NCBI GenBank assembly: GCA_902620425.1
Contig: CACNHX010000001.1
Location: 226,311-290,310, forward strand
Direction: 5' to 3'
DNA: 64,000 nt
DNA from: an uncultured Alphaproteobacteria bacterium
GTDB taxonomy: Bacteria; Pseudomonadota; Alphaproteobacteria; HIMB59; GCA-002718135
Shown here piece by piece: positions 13,786-23,509 of the stretch; position 1 is the stretch's first letter, and each line of letters begins with the position of its first letter. A program made the translations under genes and the position numbers. The notes below the pieces were generated by a model that had not been told where the DNA came from, made no database searches, and saw only the letters and a list, made by a program, of their open reading frames with translations.

Positions 13786-15105
13786 TTAATGCATCAAGGG
13801 AGACCACGCTGGATCAGAGCCTCCTAAGGGAGTTATTACTTTTCTTTCATTAAAACCAGTTAAATCAATAGAATATAGACTTGATACACCTCCAGATCCA
13901 TCCTCAGCAGTTCTCTCTTCTTTGAAATACATCAAAAATCTACCATTTGGGGCCCATGTTGGCCCCTCGACATGAAACGATTTTGCAATCATTCTTTCAT
14001 TTGAACCATCAACCTCCATAACACCTATATAAAATTGCCCTCCCTCTTGTTTGGTGAATGCAATCATATCACCTCTTGGAGACCACACTGGCGTGTAGTA
14101 ACTTCCTGCTTCCCTGCTAATTCTTTTGATATTTTTTCCATTATTATCACTTACATACAAATGCCTTCTTCCACTTCTATCTGAGTTAAAAACTATTTTT
14201 TTTCCATTAGGTGAAAAACTTGCAGAAACATCTATTGATGAATTATTAGTAATTCTTTTTGAAATTCTTGTTTTTAGATCAAGAATATAAATTTCGGAAT
14301 TACCAATTTCAGGATCAGTATAGGACATCACAATCTGATTACCGTCAGGTGAAAAACGAGGAGCAAATGTCATTCCAGGAAACTCACCTACTATTTCTTG
14401 CTTACCAGTTTCTATATCAAATATGTAAACTCTTGGATTATTTCTATTTACATATGACATGTAAGTAATTTTTTGTGAATTAGGAGAGAATCTTGGAGTT
14501 AATACTAAGTATGATCCATCTGTTAAAAAACGATGATTTGATTGATCTTGATCCATTATTGCTAATCTTTTTTGTTTATTGTCTTTTGGGCCAGTCTCAG
14601 CAACATAAACTATCCTTGTATCAAAGTATCCACCTTCGCCAGTTATATTTTTAAAAATAGAATCTGAGATAATATGAGCAACTCTTCTCCAATTTTTTTC
14701 ATTAGTCTCATATTTTTTACCCACTATTTGCTTTTGTTGAAAGACATCAAACAATCTAAATTCTACAGATATCTTTCCATTGCTTGTTGAGATTTTTCCA
14801 GAAACTAAATGCTGTGCTTTTATTAATTTCCAATCTTCAAATCTAGGGTTATTAGATAAAGATTCATTATCTTGAATAAAAGATCTTTTATCTATTGGTA
14901 AAAAAAGCCCAGACCTTTCTAAGTTATCTGAGATTACAGTTGAAATATTTTTACCTACTTTAGTTAATTGTGAATTTTTTGAGTATAGTTCTGTCACGGC
15001 TATTGGAGTTGGCTTCACACTACCTTGTGTTAGAGTCACTTCTAAAGCATGAACTTTAAGACTAAAAAATAAAAAAAGGGTTATTAAGAAAACTTTTTTC
15101 ATCAA
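13786..15105 (-). CDS. tolB: Tol-Pal system beta-propeller protein TolB
   Basis: Signal peptide followed by repeated PxFSPDG / PxWSP propeller motifs (APRFSPDGNQI, ASFSPNGKKI, PVWSPRGD, PTWAPNGR). Confidence 0.9.
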   Translation of the reverse strand: MMKKVFLITLFLFFSLKVHALEVTLTQGSVKPTPIAVTELYSKNSQLTKVGKNISTVISDNLERSGLFLPIDKRSFIQDNESLSNNPRFEDWKLIKAQHLVSGKISTSNGKISVEFRLFDVFQQKQIVGKKYETNEKNWRRVAHIISDSIFKNITGEGGYFDTRIVYVAETGPKDNKQKRLAIMDQDQSNHRFLTDGSYLVLTPRFSPNSQKITYMSYVNRNNPRVYIFDIETGKQEIVGEFPGMTFAPRFSPDGNQIVMSYTDPEIGNSEIYILDLKTRISKRITNNSSIDVSASFSPNGKKIVFNSDRSGRRHLYVSDNNGKNIKRISREAGSYYTPVWSPRGDMIAFTKQEGGQFYIGVMEVDGSNERMIAKSFHVEGPTWAPNGRFLMYFKEERTAEDGSGGVSSLYSIDLTGFNERKVITPLGGSDPAWSPLMH

Positions 15106-16172
15106 TATCCCTTCATAATACTATAATCAAAAGTAATTGTAAGATTTTTCCATAGATTATATTTATCTTTTGGAAGTTTCAACGGTGTACATTCTGGGTT
15201 TAAGAGAGTTCTCATTGCGCTATCTGTAATCGGTCCATAAAATGGATTAGTTTTAGCTATATTTGTGTCAACAATGCGGATGCTACTTGGTGAAACCTTC
15301 ATATTTTGTAATATTTTTGCTGAAATTGTTACTTTGTCTCCTCTTTCTATAACTGCACCTGCTGGAGCATTCCAACAAGAAGATAATTGCTGCCTCAACA
15401 TGTCTATTTCAGATATTGATAGCATAAGATTGTCATCAGTATCATCTGTACTTTTATTATCAACCTCTTCGACCTCTTCCTTAACTTCATTTTGAGCCAT
15501 ATTTGTTTTTTCATTTCTTAAATCTTTAAGCATAGACGCTATACTAAAATCTTTTTCAGGTTTTGGCTTTGGTTTTGATATGGCCTTATCATTTTCCAAC
15601 TTTGGTTTATCCTTTATGTTTGTTACAACATCTAAATCCGATTTAACATTTTCATTATTTATAATTTTTGGCTTTGGCTTGAGTTTTGGTTTAATTATAT
15701 CGGTTTTAATTGTTTCTACTTTTTTCTTAACCTCTAAAATTTCCTTTTCTTTAATAGCCACTTTTTTTGTTTCCTTAACTTTTAAATTTGGAGTTTGTTT
15801 CATTTCCAAAACTGGTTGATTTGGATTAGTTTTTTCTTCAATTTCAGTTTTATTTATTTCAACATTTTTTTTTACTTCTAATTGATCTGATGAATTAAAT
15901 TTTTTTTGCTTAGTAATTGTTTCCTTATTTTTATTTTCTGGTTTTTTAGTATCAGATTTTTTCAAATTTGTATTTTCATCAACATTAAGTATTTCAATAG
16001 GTATTACGTTTGGAACATAGATTTCTTTTTGAGAAAAAAAATTTGGTAAGCCGACCATAAACAAAAGGATAATTAAATGTATTAGTGTTGAAAAAATAAC
16101 TCCTGATGTTTTAGGATTTAAATTTTCAAAAAAGTTTATAATTTTTAAACTATTATAGCTTATACGATCCAT
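15102..16172 (-). CDS. tolA: TolA-like cell envelope integrity protein
   Basis: N-terminal TM helix, a long Lys/Glu/Pro-rich spacer (KPKLKPKPK, KPKPKPEKD) and a conserved C-terminal domain. It sits between tolR and tolB. Confidence 0.7.
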   Translation of the reverse strand: MDRISYNSLKIINFFENLNPKTSGVIFSTLIHLIILLFMVGLPNFFSQKEIYVPNVIPIEILNVDENTNLKKSDTKKPENKNKETITKQKKFNSSDQLEVKKNVEINKTEIEEKTNPNQPVLEMKQTPNLKVKETKKVAIKEKEILEVKKKVETIKTDIIKPKLKPKPKIINNENVKSDLDVVTNIKDKPKLENDKAISKPKPKPEKDFSIASMLKDLRNEKTNMAQNEVKEEVEEVDNKSTDDTDDNLMLSISEIDMLRQQLSSCWNAPAGAVIERGDKVTISAKILQNMKVSPSSIRIVDTNIAKTNPFYGPITDSAMRTLLNPECTPLKLPKDKYNLWKNLTITFDYSIMKGY

Positions 16173-16601
16173 CTATTGCTCAAGATTTTGAGTAATTAAT
16201 GCAACTTTAATATATCCTGCTGAATTTATTATGGACATAATTTCCATAATCCTTCCATAAGCTACGACTCTATCACCTCGTATATAAATTCTTGCTTCTG
16301 TGTTTTGTTCAGTAATAGCGTTTAGTCGAGGAATTAAATTTTCTACTTCAACCTTTGATTCTCCAATGTAGACTTCTCCGTCTAACTTAACGGTTATCTC
16401 AATTGGATCTTTAATATCAGTTAATGCAGTAGCTTTAACCTTTGGTAAATCAACTTTAATTCCAACCGTTAGAAGAGGTGCGGTAACCATAAAAACAATT
16501 AGTAGCACAAGCATAACATCTACAAAAGGTGTAACATTAATTTCACTCATTTGAGTGTACCTTTGCTTTTTTCGTTTGTTTAAATTATTTGAAGTAATCA
16601 A
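16173..16601 (-). CDS. tolR: TolR (ExbD/TolR family)
   Basis: MSEINVTPFVDVMLVLLIVFMVTAP is the signature ExbD/TolR N-terminus. Confidence 0.85.
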   Translation of the reverse strand: MITSNNLNKRKKQRYTQMSEINVTPFVDVMLVLLIVFMVTAPLLTVGIKVDLPKVKATALTDIKDPIEITVKLDGEVYIGESKVEVENLIPRLNAITEQNTEARIYIRGDRVVAYGRIMEIMSIINSAGYIKVALITQNLEQ

Positions 16602-16602
16602 T

Positions 16603-17316
16603 TTATTTTTTCTCTAATTGTCTAAAAAAAATTGTTGAGAATTCATCCATAAATGTTTCCAAGGATATAAAATATTTTGATAAATCGTTTGAAATTTTAT
16701 TGTAAGCAACTACGGCAGGTATAGCCACAAAAAGACCTAATGCAGTTGCAAAAAGGGCCTCAGCAATTCCTGGTGCCACTACTGCTAAATTTGTATTTTG
16801 AGCTATTGCAATAGATTTAAAACTATTCATTATACCCCAGACTGTTCCAAATAAGCCAATAAAAGGTGCAGTTGATCCAGCAGTTGCGAGAAATGTTAAA
16901 TTTCTCTCAACATTTTCACTTTCTTTATTGAAAACAACTGTCATTGATCTCATCATTCTATCTTTTAAAGAATTAATATCAGATGTATCATTTTCAAACT
17001 GAGCTTTACTTTTTTTCCACTCTAAAATTGCAGCACAAAATAATTTTGATTTTGGATCTGTCTGATTAAAATTTAAAGTTTCGTATAAATCTTCAAATGA
17101 ATTTCCAGACCAAAAAATATCTTCAAATTCTTTTTCAAGTTTTTTTAATTGTCTAATTCTTAAAATTTTTGAAATTATTACATTCCAAGAATAAAGAGAG
17201 GCTAAGATTAATATTATAATTACAGATTTGACAACAATGTCAGCCTGCATAAATAAAGCAAGCATTGAAAAATCTGGTGCTTCTGTCGATAAATTTGTAC
17301 TATTAATATCTGCCAT
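16603..17316 (-). CDS. tolQ: TolQ (MotA/TolQ/ExbB proton channel)
   Basis: Three TM helices and LATAGSTAPFIGLFGTVWGIMNSF. Confidence 0.9.
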   Translation of the reverse strand: MADINSTNLSTEAPDFSMLALFMQADIVVKSVIIILILASLYSWNVIISKILRIRQLKKLEKEFEDIFWSGNSFEDLYETLNFNQTDPKSKLFCAAILEWKKSKAQFENDTSDINSLKDRMMRSMTVVFNKESENVERNLTFLATAGSTAPFIGLFGTVWGIMNSFKSIAIAQNTNLAVVAPGIAEALFATALGLFVAIPAVVAYNKISNDLSKYFISLETFMDEFSTIFFRQLEKK

Positions 17317-17321
17317 AATTA

Positions 17322-17615
17322 TTATTTTTTAATTTTTTCAAGATCGCTACTATGAACCATAACCCAAAACCCTGGTCTATTTTTTTCACATAATGCTATT
17401 ACTGGTGTCTTACCCTCCTCTTTCGCAAGTTTTGCAGTATCATCCCATAAACTAATTGCTGTATGTTTTGCTCTTAATTTACATTCTATAAATAATTCTT
17501 CATGGATTACATCAGCTCTTGTCACTTTACCATTACCGCCACTCAAAGGTGTTCTTTTCCCATTGAAATAGTTTGCAACATCTCTTTCTCTTTTTTTCCA
17601 GGCTTTATCAGGCAT
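17322..17615 (-). CDS. small PD-(D/E)XK nuclease-like protein resembling archaeal Holliday junction resolvase Hjc
   Basis: 97 aa. KKRERD (E10) ... GKRTPLSGG ... ADVI (D35) ... LFIECK (E44-x-K46) matches the order and spacing of the Hjc ER...R.P.SG...D(I/V)...(I/L)E.K catalytic layout. An AAGGA SD lies upstream. Spacers are 14 nt after yebC and 5 nt before tolQ. Confidence 0.55.
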   Translation of the reverse strand: MPDKAWKKRERDVANYFNGKRTPLSGGNGKVTRADVIHEELFIECKLRAKHTAISLWDDTAKLAKEEGKTPVIALCEKNRPGFWVMVHSSDLEKIKK

Positions 17616-17629
17616 CTATTTTCCTTTCA

Positions 17630-18379
17630 TTAGGCAGTGAGTGAAGATAAAATATTATCATCAACTTCAAAATTTGATGATACAACTTGAACGTCGTCAT
17701 TGTCTTCTAAAACTTCAAGTAATTTAAATAGTTTGTCTGCTGTTTCTTTTCCAATATTTATATTATTTTTACTTTTCCAAATTAAACTTGCAGAGTTAGT
17801 CTGACCATACTGTTTAATTAATTTATCATTAAGTTCATGCAAATGGTTTTGATCACAGTATATTGAATATTCTGTTTCATTAATTTCATAATCTTCACTA
17901 TTATTTTCAATAAGAAATTCTAAGAGTTGATCTTCTTTTACTAAGTTTTTATCGAGAGTGATATTTCCAAATCTGTCAAAACCAAAACTAACACTTCCTG
18001 TTTCACCCAAATTACCTCCATATTTACTAAAAGAGGACCTAATCTCAGCAGCTGTTCTATTTTTATTATTTGTAAGTGCCTCAACTATTATTGCAATACC
18101 TTCAGGGCCATATCCTTCATATCTTACTTCTTCATAGTTGCTATCAGGATCATTTCCTTGACCTTTTTTTATTGCTCTCTCAATATTATCTTTTGGCATA
18201 TTAAGTGACTTGGCCGACGAAATTGCAGATCTTAATCTAATATTACTCTCAATATCTTCACCTCCTACTTTGACAGCAACAGAAATTTCTCTTCCTAGTC
18301 TTGAGAAAACTTTTGCTCTTTTTTTATCTTGAGCACCTTTACGATGCATAATATTTTTAAATTTCGAGTGCCCTGCCAT
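17630..18379 (-). CDS. yebC: YebC/PmpR-family DNA-binding regulatory protein
   Basis: MAGHSKFKNIMHRKGAQDKKRAK is the hallmark N-terminus. Confidence 0.9.
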   Translation of the reverse strand: MAGHSKFKNIMHRKGAQDKKRAKVFSRLGREISVAVKVGGEDIESNIRLRSAISSAKSLNMPKDNIERAIKKGQGNDPDSNYEEVRYEGYGPEGIAIIVEALTNNKNRTAAEIRSSFSKYGGNLGETGSVSFGFDRFGNITLDKNLVKEDQLLEFLIENNSEDYEINETEYSIYCDQNHLHELNDKLIKQYGQTNSASLIWKSKNNINIGKETADKLFKLLEVLEDNDDVQVVSSNFEVDDNILSSLTA

Positions 18380-18458
18380 TAAGAGTAGATTTATAAATAT
18401 TTAATCCGATGTTAGTAAAGATATAAAATATTTGATAAATGTGTCTAATATATGTAAA

Positions 18459-19250
18459 TTATGTCTCTTGAATTGGGGTGATATTTTTAGCTAAACCAGT
18501 ATTAGTATCAATCTCTATTAAAGCCCCGCATACTGTTATGTTTTCTGTAGCAGGTGTAAATCTTCCCTCTGCCCTGTACCCCTTAACAAATCCATGTATT
18601 GGATTATTTATATCAAAACCAATTATTGAATTATAATCACCTGACATCCCCACGTCTGTTTGATAAGCTGTACCTTTAGGTAAAATAACACTGTCTGCCG
18701 TTGGCACATGAGTATGTGTGCCTAAAACTGCCGTAACTTGTCCATCAACATAATATCCAAATGCCTTTTTTTCAGAAGTTGCTTCACCATGCATATCAAC
18801 AATTATCGCATCACATGTACTTCCTAACTTCTCTTTTTGAAGAAATTCAACTATGCCTTTAAAGGGATCATCTAATGATAAATTCATAAATAATCTGAGC
18901 ATTACTTGTACTACTATAATTTTTTTTCCATTTAAAAGTTCAAGCTTATAATATCCTTTTCCAGGAACACCATCAGGATAATTCAAAGCTCTGATTATTT
19001 TTGGATTTTCCTCAATATAAGAAAGCATATCTCTTTGATCCCATGCATGATTCCCAAGTGTAAGTAGATCAATTCCGCTGGAAAATAATTCTTCTGCATC
19101 CTTTTTTGAAAGTCCATAACCAGAAGTAGCATTCTCACCATTAGCAATAATCATGTCTGTATTATATTTAGATTTGAGTGTTGGGATAATTTCTTTAATT
19201 TTTTTTCGTGACGCCTTACCGACAATATCACCTATAAAAAGAATTTTCAT
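18459..19250 (-). CDS. YmdB-like metallophosphoesterase (TIGR00282 type)
   Basis: MKILFIGDIVG, ANGENATSGYG, GNHAWD and GTHTHVPT metal-binding motifs. Confidence 0.8.
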   Translation of the reverse strand: MKILFIGDIVGKASRKKIKEIIPTLKSKYNTDMIIANGENATSGYGLSKKDAEELFSSGIDLLTLGNHAWDQRDMLSYIEENPKIIRALNYPDGVPGKGYYKLELLNGKKIIVVQVMLRLFMNLSLDDPFKGIVEFLQKEKLGSTCDAIIVDMHGEATSEKKAFGYYVDGQVTAVLGTHTHVPTADSVILPKGTAYQTDVGMSGDYNSIIGFDINNPIHGFVKGYRAEGRFTPATENITVCGALIEIDTNTGLAKNITPIQET

Positions 19251-19828
19251 TGAAAACTATATAAATTTTTTTCAGTAATAACATAATCCATTTTAAAATC
19301 AAATTTGTCTATGGGTATGTAATCTAACTTTTGTTCTTCATATGCATAGGCTACAGAGATGAATCTGTGATTAATTTTATTTAAATAAGAAAATGTCCTG
19401 TCATAATAACCTCCACCATAACCTAATCTATTTCCCTTCTTATCAAAAGCTAAACAAGGTACAAAAATTAATTCAGGATTTAAAATTTTATTTTTAATTT
19501 GAGGCTCTGATATATTCATATGTCCTTTTACAAAATTCTCTTCACTCTTAAATTTCTTAAAGATTAAATGACTATTTTTTTTTTCAATTACAGGGAGACA
19601 TAAAATTTTATTTTTAATAAAGATAAGATTGTTAAGCTCTCTTGTATTTATTTCAGAATTTATAGAAATAAAACTAGAAACTATATTAATTTCTTGAAAG
19701 TTAATTTTTTCAAAAAGCTCATTAAACAAAGTTAAAGTAAAATGAGATGGTTTATTATTAAAAATCTTATCTCTTATAATTTTTTGTTTTTTTCTGATAA
19801 TTGATTTTTCATCTTTAATATTATTCAT
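19247..19828 (-). CDS. 5-formyltetrahydrofolate cyclo-ligase
   Basis: GNRLGYGGGYYDR motif and a size of about 190 aa. Confidence 0.8.
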   Translation of the reverse strand: MNNIKDEKSIIRKKQKIIRDKIFNNKPSHFTLTLFNELFEKINFQEINIVSSFISINSEINTRELNNLIFIKNKILCLPVIEKKNSHLIFKKFKSEENFVKGHMNISEPQIKNKILNPELIFVPCLAFDKKGNRLGYGGGYYDRTFSYLNKINHRFISVAYAYEEQKLDYIPIDKFDFKMDYVITEKNLYSFQ

Positions 19829-20240
19829 AATAAGAATTTTTAATTATATCAATTAAACCCTCTACTTTTTTATTTATTTCATCAAATTCTTGATCTAATT
19901 TCAATTTTTCATCTTCTAAAATTTTTTTTTCATTTTGTAGTTTTAGTATTTTGTCTTTAAGTTCTAAATTGTTCTTTAGATATTCTTCATTCTTGGTATC
20001 ATTTACTTCTGAACTTCTTTCTATATTTAATTTTTCTGAAAGCTCTGCTTGAAGCTCAATAGAGAGAAGTGATAACAATATAGTATCACTTATTTTTCCA
20101 TTAGAATATTTTGGATTTTGTAATTTATCATCAATTTTTTCATTAATTAAATTTATTGAGTCTATTATTTTTTTTTCATCTTTTTTTTCATATTCTAATG
20201 ATATTTCTCTATTTAAAATTTTTGTCTTATAAAAAGGCAT
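19821..20240 (-). CDS. zapA: ZapA-like cell division protein with C-terminal coiled coil
   Basis: A ZapA-like N-terminus (KILNREISLEYEKKDEKKIIDSINLINEKI) plus its position directly upstream of the 5-FCL gene, the conserved zapA-ygfA neighbourhood. The assignment rests mainly on synteny. Confidence 0.55.
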   Translation of the reverse strand: MPFYKTKILNREISLEYEKKDEKKIIDSINLINEKIDDKLQNPKYSNGKISDTILLSLLSIELQAELSEKLNIERSSEVNDTKNEEYLKNNLELKDKILKLQNEKKILEDEKLKLDQEFDEINKKVEGLIDIIKNSYYE

Positions 20241-20242
20241 AG

Positions 20243-20431
20243 TTATTTCTTAATTAGAAGTTCCAATTCATCAATATACTCGGATATTTGTTTTCGTAAA
20301 TTTTTAATTTCATTTTCAAGATTTTTAATTTTTTCTTTTTTAGAAATATGATGATCCCTAAAATCTTCTAAAGCTGATCTTAGATTATTTAAGTTTTTGC
20401 TTAGAACTGTAATTTTTTTTTGTATTTCCAT
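20243..20431 (-). CDS. hypothetical small coiled-coil protein
   Basis: 62-aa heptad-rich ORF, 2 nt upstream of zapA and first gene of the minus-strand array. Confidence 0.4.
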   Translation of the reverse strand: MEIQKKITVLSKNLNNLRSALEDFRDHHISKKEKIKNLENEIKNLRKQISEYIDELELLIKK

Positions 20432-20516
20432 TATAATTTTATAGTTTGTAATTTTATAATTGTCACTGTAATGAACCCATATTAAATAATTTTATATCAA
20501 CCATAAAGGTAAGTAT

Positions 20517-22493
20517 TTGAATAATTTAAATAATATCAACAATCTAAGACAATTATCAAATTGTATTAGATTTTTATCAATGGATGCAGTGGAAAAGGCA
20601 AAATCTGGTCATCCTGGTATGCCTATGGGTATGGCAGACATCGCAACAGTTCTTTATAAAAATCATTTAAAGTTTAATCCGAATGATCCGGAGTGGATTG
20701 ATAGAGATAGATTAATTATTTCAAATGGTCATGGCTCAATGCTTTTATACTCGTGTTTGTATCTAACAGGATATAAAGACATTGACATAAATCAAATTAA
20801 AAATTTTAGACAATTACATAGCAAAACTGCAGGCCACCCAGAATACGGAAGTGCAGAAGGAATAGAAACAACAACTGGGCCTTTGTCTCAAGGTTTAGCA
20901 AATGCAGTTGGAATGGCGCTAGCGGAAAAAAAATTATCAAATAATTATGGAGAAGAATTATTCGATCATTACACTTATGTTTTTGCTGGAGATGGATGCT
21001 TAATGGAAGGTTTAAGTCATGAAGCGTGCAGTCTCGCAGGACATTTAAAATTAAATAAGCTTATTATGTTTTTTGATAATAATTCTATTTCCATAGATGG
21101 ATCAACAGATCTTTCAGTTTCGGACAATTTGAAAAAAAGATTTGAAGCTTATAATTGGAATATAATTGAAATAGATGGTCATAAATATGAGGAAATTGAT
21201 CAAGCTATAATTCAAGCAAAAAAAAATGATGCTCCAACAATTATATCTTGTAAAACTAAAATTGGTTTTGGATCTCCAAATAAAGAAGGTTCAGCTTCAT
21301 CACATGGTTCACCTCTTGGTGAAGATGAAATTAGTTTAACAAGAAAAAAATTAGAATGGAATTATTCGCCGTTTGAAATTCCAGATGATTTATTACGTGA
21401 GTGGAGAAGTTTCTATAAAAGAAATGAAGAATCAAGAAATTCATGGTTATCAAAAAACAAAGAATTAATTGAAAGTAAAAATTTTAAAGATAGTTTTTAT
21501 CAAAAAATTGATCATCAAATTCCAGAAAAACTTAGTGAATTAAAATCTGAGCATTTTAATGACAAAACAAATTGTGCTTCAAGAAAATCGAGTGAGCTAA
21601 CGCTAAATTTAATTTCAAACTATCAAAAAAACCTTATTGGTGGATCTGCTGATCTTACTGGATCAAATAACACTAAGGCAAAAGATATGAATGTAATTAC
21701 ATCTAATAATTTTAATGGAAATTATATTCATTACGGCATCAGAGAACATGGAATGGCTGGAGTAATGAATGGCATTGCTTTACATAAAGGTTTAATTCCA
21801 TATGGAGGAACGTTTTTGGTATTTACCGATTATTGTAGACCTTCAATTAGGTTATCAGCTATTATGAATATACCAGTTATTTATATAATGACGCATGACT
21901 CAATAGGATTAGGAGAAGATGGACCAACCCATCAACCTGTCGAACATCTTGCATCTTTAAGATCTATACCAAATTTAACAGTCATTAGGCCTTGTGATAT
22001 TATTGAAACTATAGAAGCATGGGAATGTGCAATCAACAATACTGGACCAACAATCTTAGTTTTAACAAGACAAAATCTACCTATGTTACAAAAAGATAAT
22101 CGCAAAGAAAATCTTGTAAATAAAGGTGCTTATAAAATAATAGATTTTAAAGAATATGATGCAACAATTTTATCTTCTGGTTCTGAAGTTGAGATTGCTT
22201 GTTCTGCATCAAATAAACTTTTTGAAAACAATAATTTAAAGATAAGAGTTGTAAGCATGTCTTCATTTGAATTGTTTGAGAAAAATGATGATGGTTATAA
22301 AAATGAAATTTTAGGAAATAAACCTATTTTTGCTATTGAGGCTGGAGTAATAAATGGTTGGGAAAAATATATTAAAAATGAAAATTTTGTTGGCATGTCA
22401 ACTTTTGGTGAAAGTGGTCCATACAAAGATTTATATAAGCACTTTAAGATAACAGATGATTACTTAATTGAAAAAATAATTAAAACTTTATAA
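20517..22493 (+). CDS. tkt: transketolase
   Basis: IRFLSMDAVEKAKSGHPGMPMG, the TPP motif GDGCLMEG and THDSIGLGEDGPTHQP. The apparent start is TTG; there is no in-frame ATG upstream of the conserved N-terminus. Confidence 0.95.
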   Translation: MNNLNNINNLRQLSNCIRFLSMDAVEKAKSGHPGMPMGMADIATVLYKNHLKFNPNDPEWIDRDRLIISNGHGSMLLYSCLYLTGYKDIDINQIKNFRQLHSKTAGHPEYGSAEGIETTTGPLSQGLANAVGMALAEKKLSNNYGEELFDHYTYVFAGDGCLMEGLSHEACSLAGHLKLNKLIMFFDNNSISIDGSTDLSVSDNLKKRFEAYNWNIIEIDGHKYEEIDQAIIQAKKNDAPTIISCKTKIGFGSPNKEGSASSHGSPLGEDEISLTRKKLEWNYSPFEIPDDLLREWRSFYKRNEESRNSWLSKNKELIESKNFKDSFYQKIDHQIPEKLSELKSEHFNDKTNCASRKSSELTLNLISNYQKNLIGGSADLTGSNNTKAKDMNVITSNNFNGNYIHYGIREHGMAGVMNGIALHKGLIPYGGTFLVFTDYCRPSIRLSAIMNIPVIYIMTHDSIGLGEDGPTHQPVEHLASLRSIPNLTVIRPCDIIETIEAWECAINNTGPTILVLTRQNLPMLQKDNRKENLVNKGAYKIIDFKEYDATILSSGSEVEIACSASNKLFENNNLKIRVVSMSSFELFEKNDDGYKNEILGNKPIFAIEAGVINGWEKYIKNENFVGMSTFGESGPYKDLYKHFKITDDYLIEKIIKTL

Positions 22494-22504
22494 AAAGGAG
22501 AAAT

Positions 22505-23509
22505 ATGAAAGTTGCAATAAATGGATTTGGAAGAATTGGAAAACTTGTTTTTAGAGCTTTATTAGAAAAAAATCCTAAAGATATTAATATTGTAGCTATT
22601 AATGAACTAGGAAGTGTTGAGAGCAGTGCTCACTTACTTAAATATGACAGTGTTCACGGTATTCTTAAATATGAGATTAGCTCAATCAAAAATGGATTAA
22701 AAATTGGTAAACATAAAATTAATTTTTATTCCGAAAGAAATCCAAATAACCTTCCTTGGAAATCACTCAAGGTAGATGTTGTTCTTGAATGTAGTGGTGT
22801 TTTTACTTCAAAAGAAAAGGCGATTTCTCATTTAAATGCAGGAGCAAAAAAAGTTATTATTTCAGCACCAGCTTCAAATGTAGATGCCACAATTGTTCAA
22901 GGTGTAAATAACGATACCATTAAAAAAAATCATAACGTAATTTCAAACGGATCTTGCACTACTAACTGTCTTGCTCCTTTAGCTATGGTTCTTGATGAAA
23001 AATTAGGAATTGAAAGTGGTTTCATGACAACAATTCATAGTTACACAGGTGATCAAAGAACTGTAGATCAAACCCATTCTGATTTTAGAAGAGCAAGGGC
23101 TGCGGCTGAGTCAATGATACCGACTTCAACAGGAGCGGCAAAGGCTTTGAGTCTAGTGTTGCCAAAATTAAAAGGTAAACTAGATGGAACAGCTATTCGA
23201 GTACCTACTCCTAATGTATCACTTATAGATCTTACATTTGTAAGTAAGAAAAAAACTAGCCCAGAAAAAATTAATTCTATAGTTCTCCAAGCTTCCAAAA
23301 CTAAAAAATTAAATGGAATTCTATCAACAAACTCATTACCTCTAGTTTCAATCGATTTTAATCATAATTCAAGCAGTTCTGTATTTGATATGAGTCAAAC
23401 ACAAGTTGTCAAAGATAAATTCTGTAGAGTTTTATCGTGGTATGATAATGAATGGGGATTTTCAAATAGAATGGTAGACACTATGGTTGATCTTAAAAAA
23501 TTTATTTAG
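22505..23509 (+). CDS. gap: glyceraldehyde-3-phosphate dehydrogenase
   Basis: INGFGRIGK, the active-site SNGSCTTNCLAP and WYDNEWGFS. A GGAG SD lies upstream. Confidence 0.95.
   Translation: MKVAINGFGRIGKLVFRALLEKNPKDINIVAINELGSVESSAHLLKYDSVHGILKYEISSIKNGLKIGKHKINFYSERNPNNLPWKSLKVDVVLECSGVFTSKEKAISHLNAGAKKVIISAPASNVDATIVQGVNNDTIKKNHNVISNGSCTTNCLAPLAMVLDEKLGIESGFMTTIHSYTGDQRTVDQTHSDFRRARAAAESMIPTSTGAAKALSLVLPKLKGKLDGTAIRVPTPNVSLIDLTFVSKKKTSPEKINSIVLQASKTKKLNGILSTNSLPLVSIDFNHNSSSSVFDMSQTQVVKDKFCRVLSWYDNEWGFSNRMVDTMVDLKKFI

Noticed and set aside
15500-15950. A Lys/Pro/Glu-rich repetitive region (KPKLKPKPK, KPKPKPEKD) with long antisense ORFs (15265-15495 and 15580-15819).
   Set aside because: This composition is typical of the extended domain II of TolA. 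The antisense ORFs are artefacts of the biased composition.
19821-19828. I looked for a 6S RNA (ssrS) gene between zapA and the 5-formyl-THF cyclo-ligase gene, as in the E. coli zapA-ssrS-ygfA arrangement.
   Set aside because: The two ORFs overlap by 8 nt, so there is no room for a roughly 180-nt RNA here. If 6S RNA exists in this genome, it is elsewhere.
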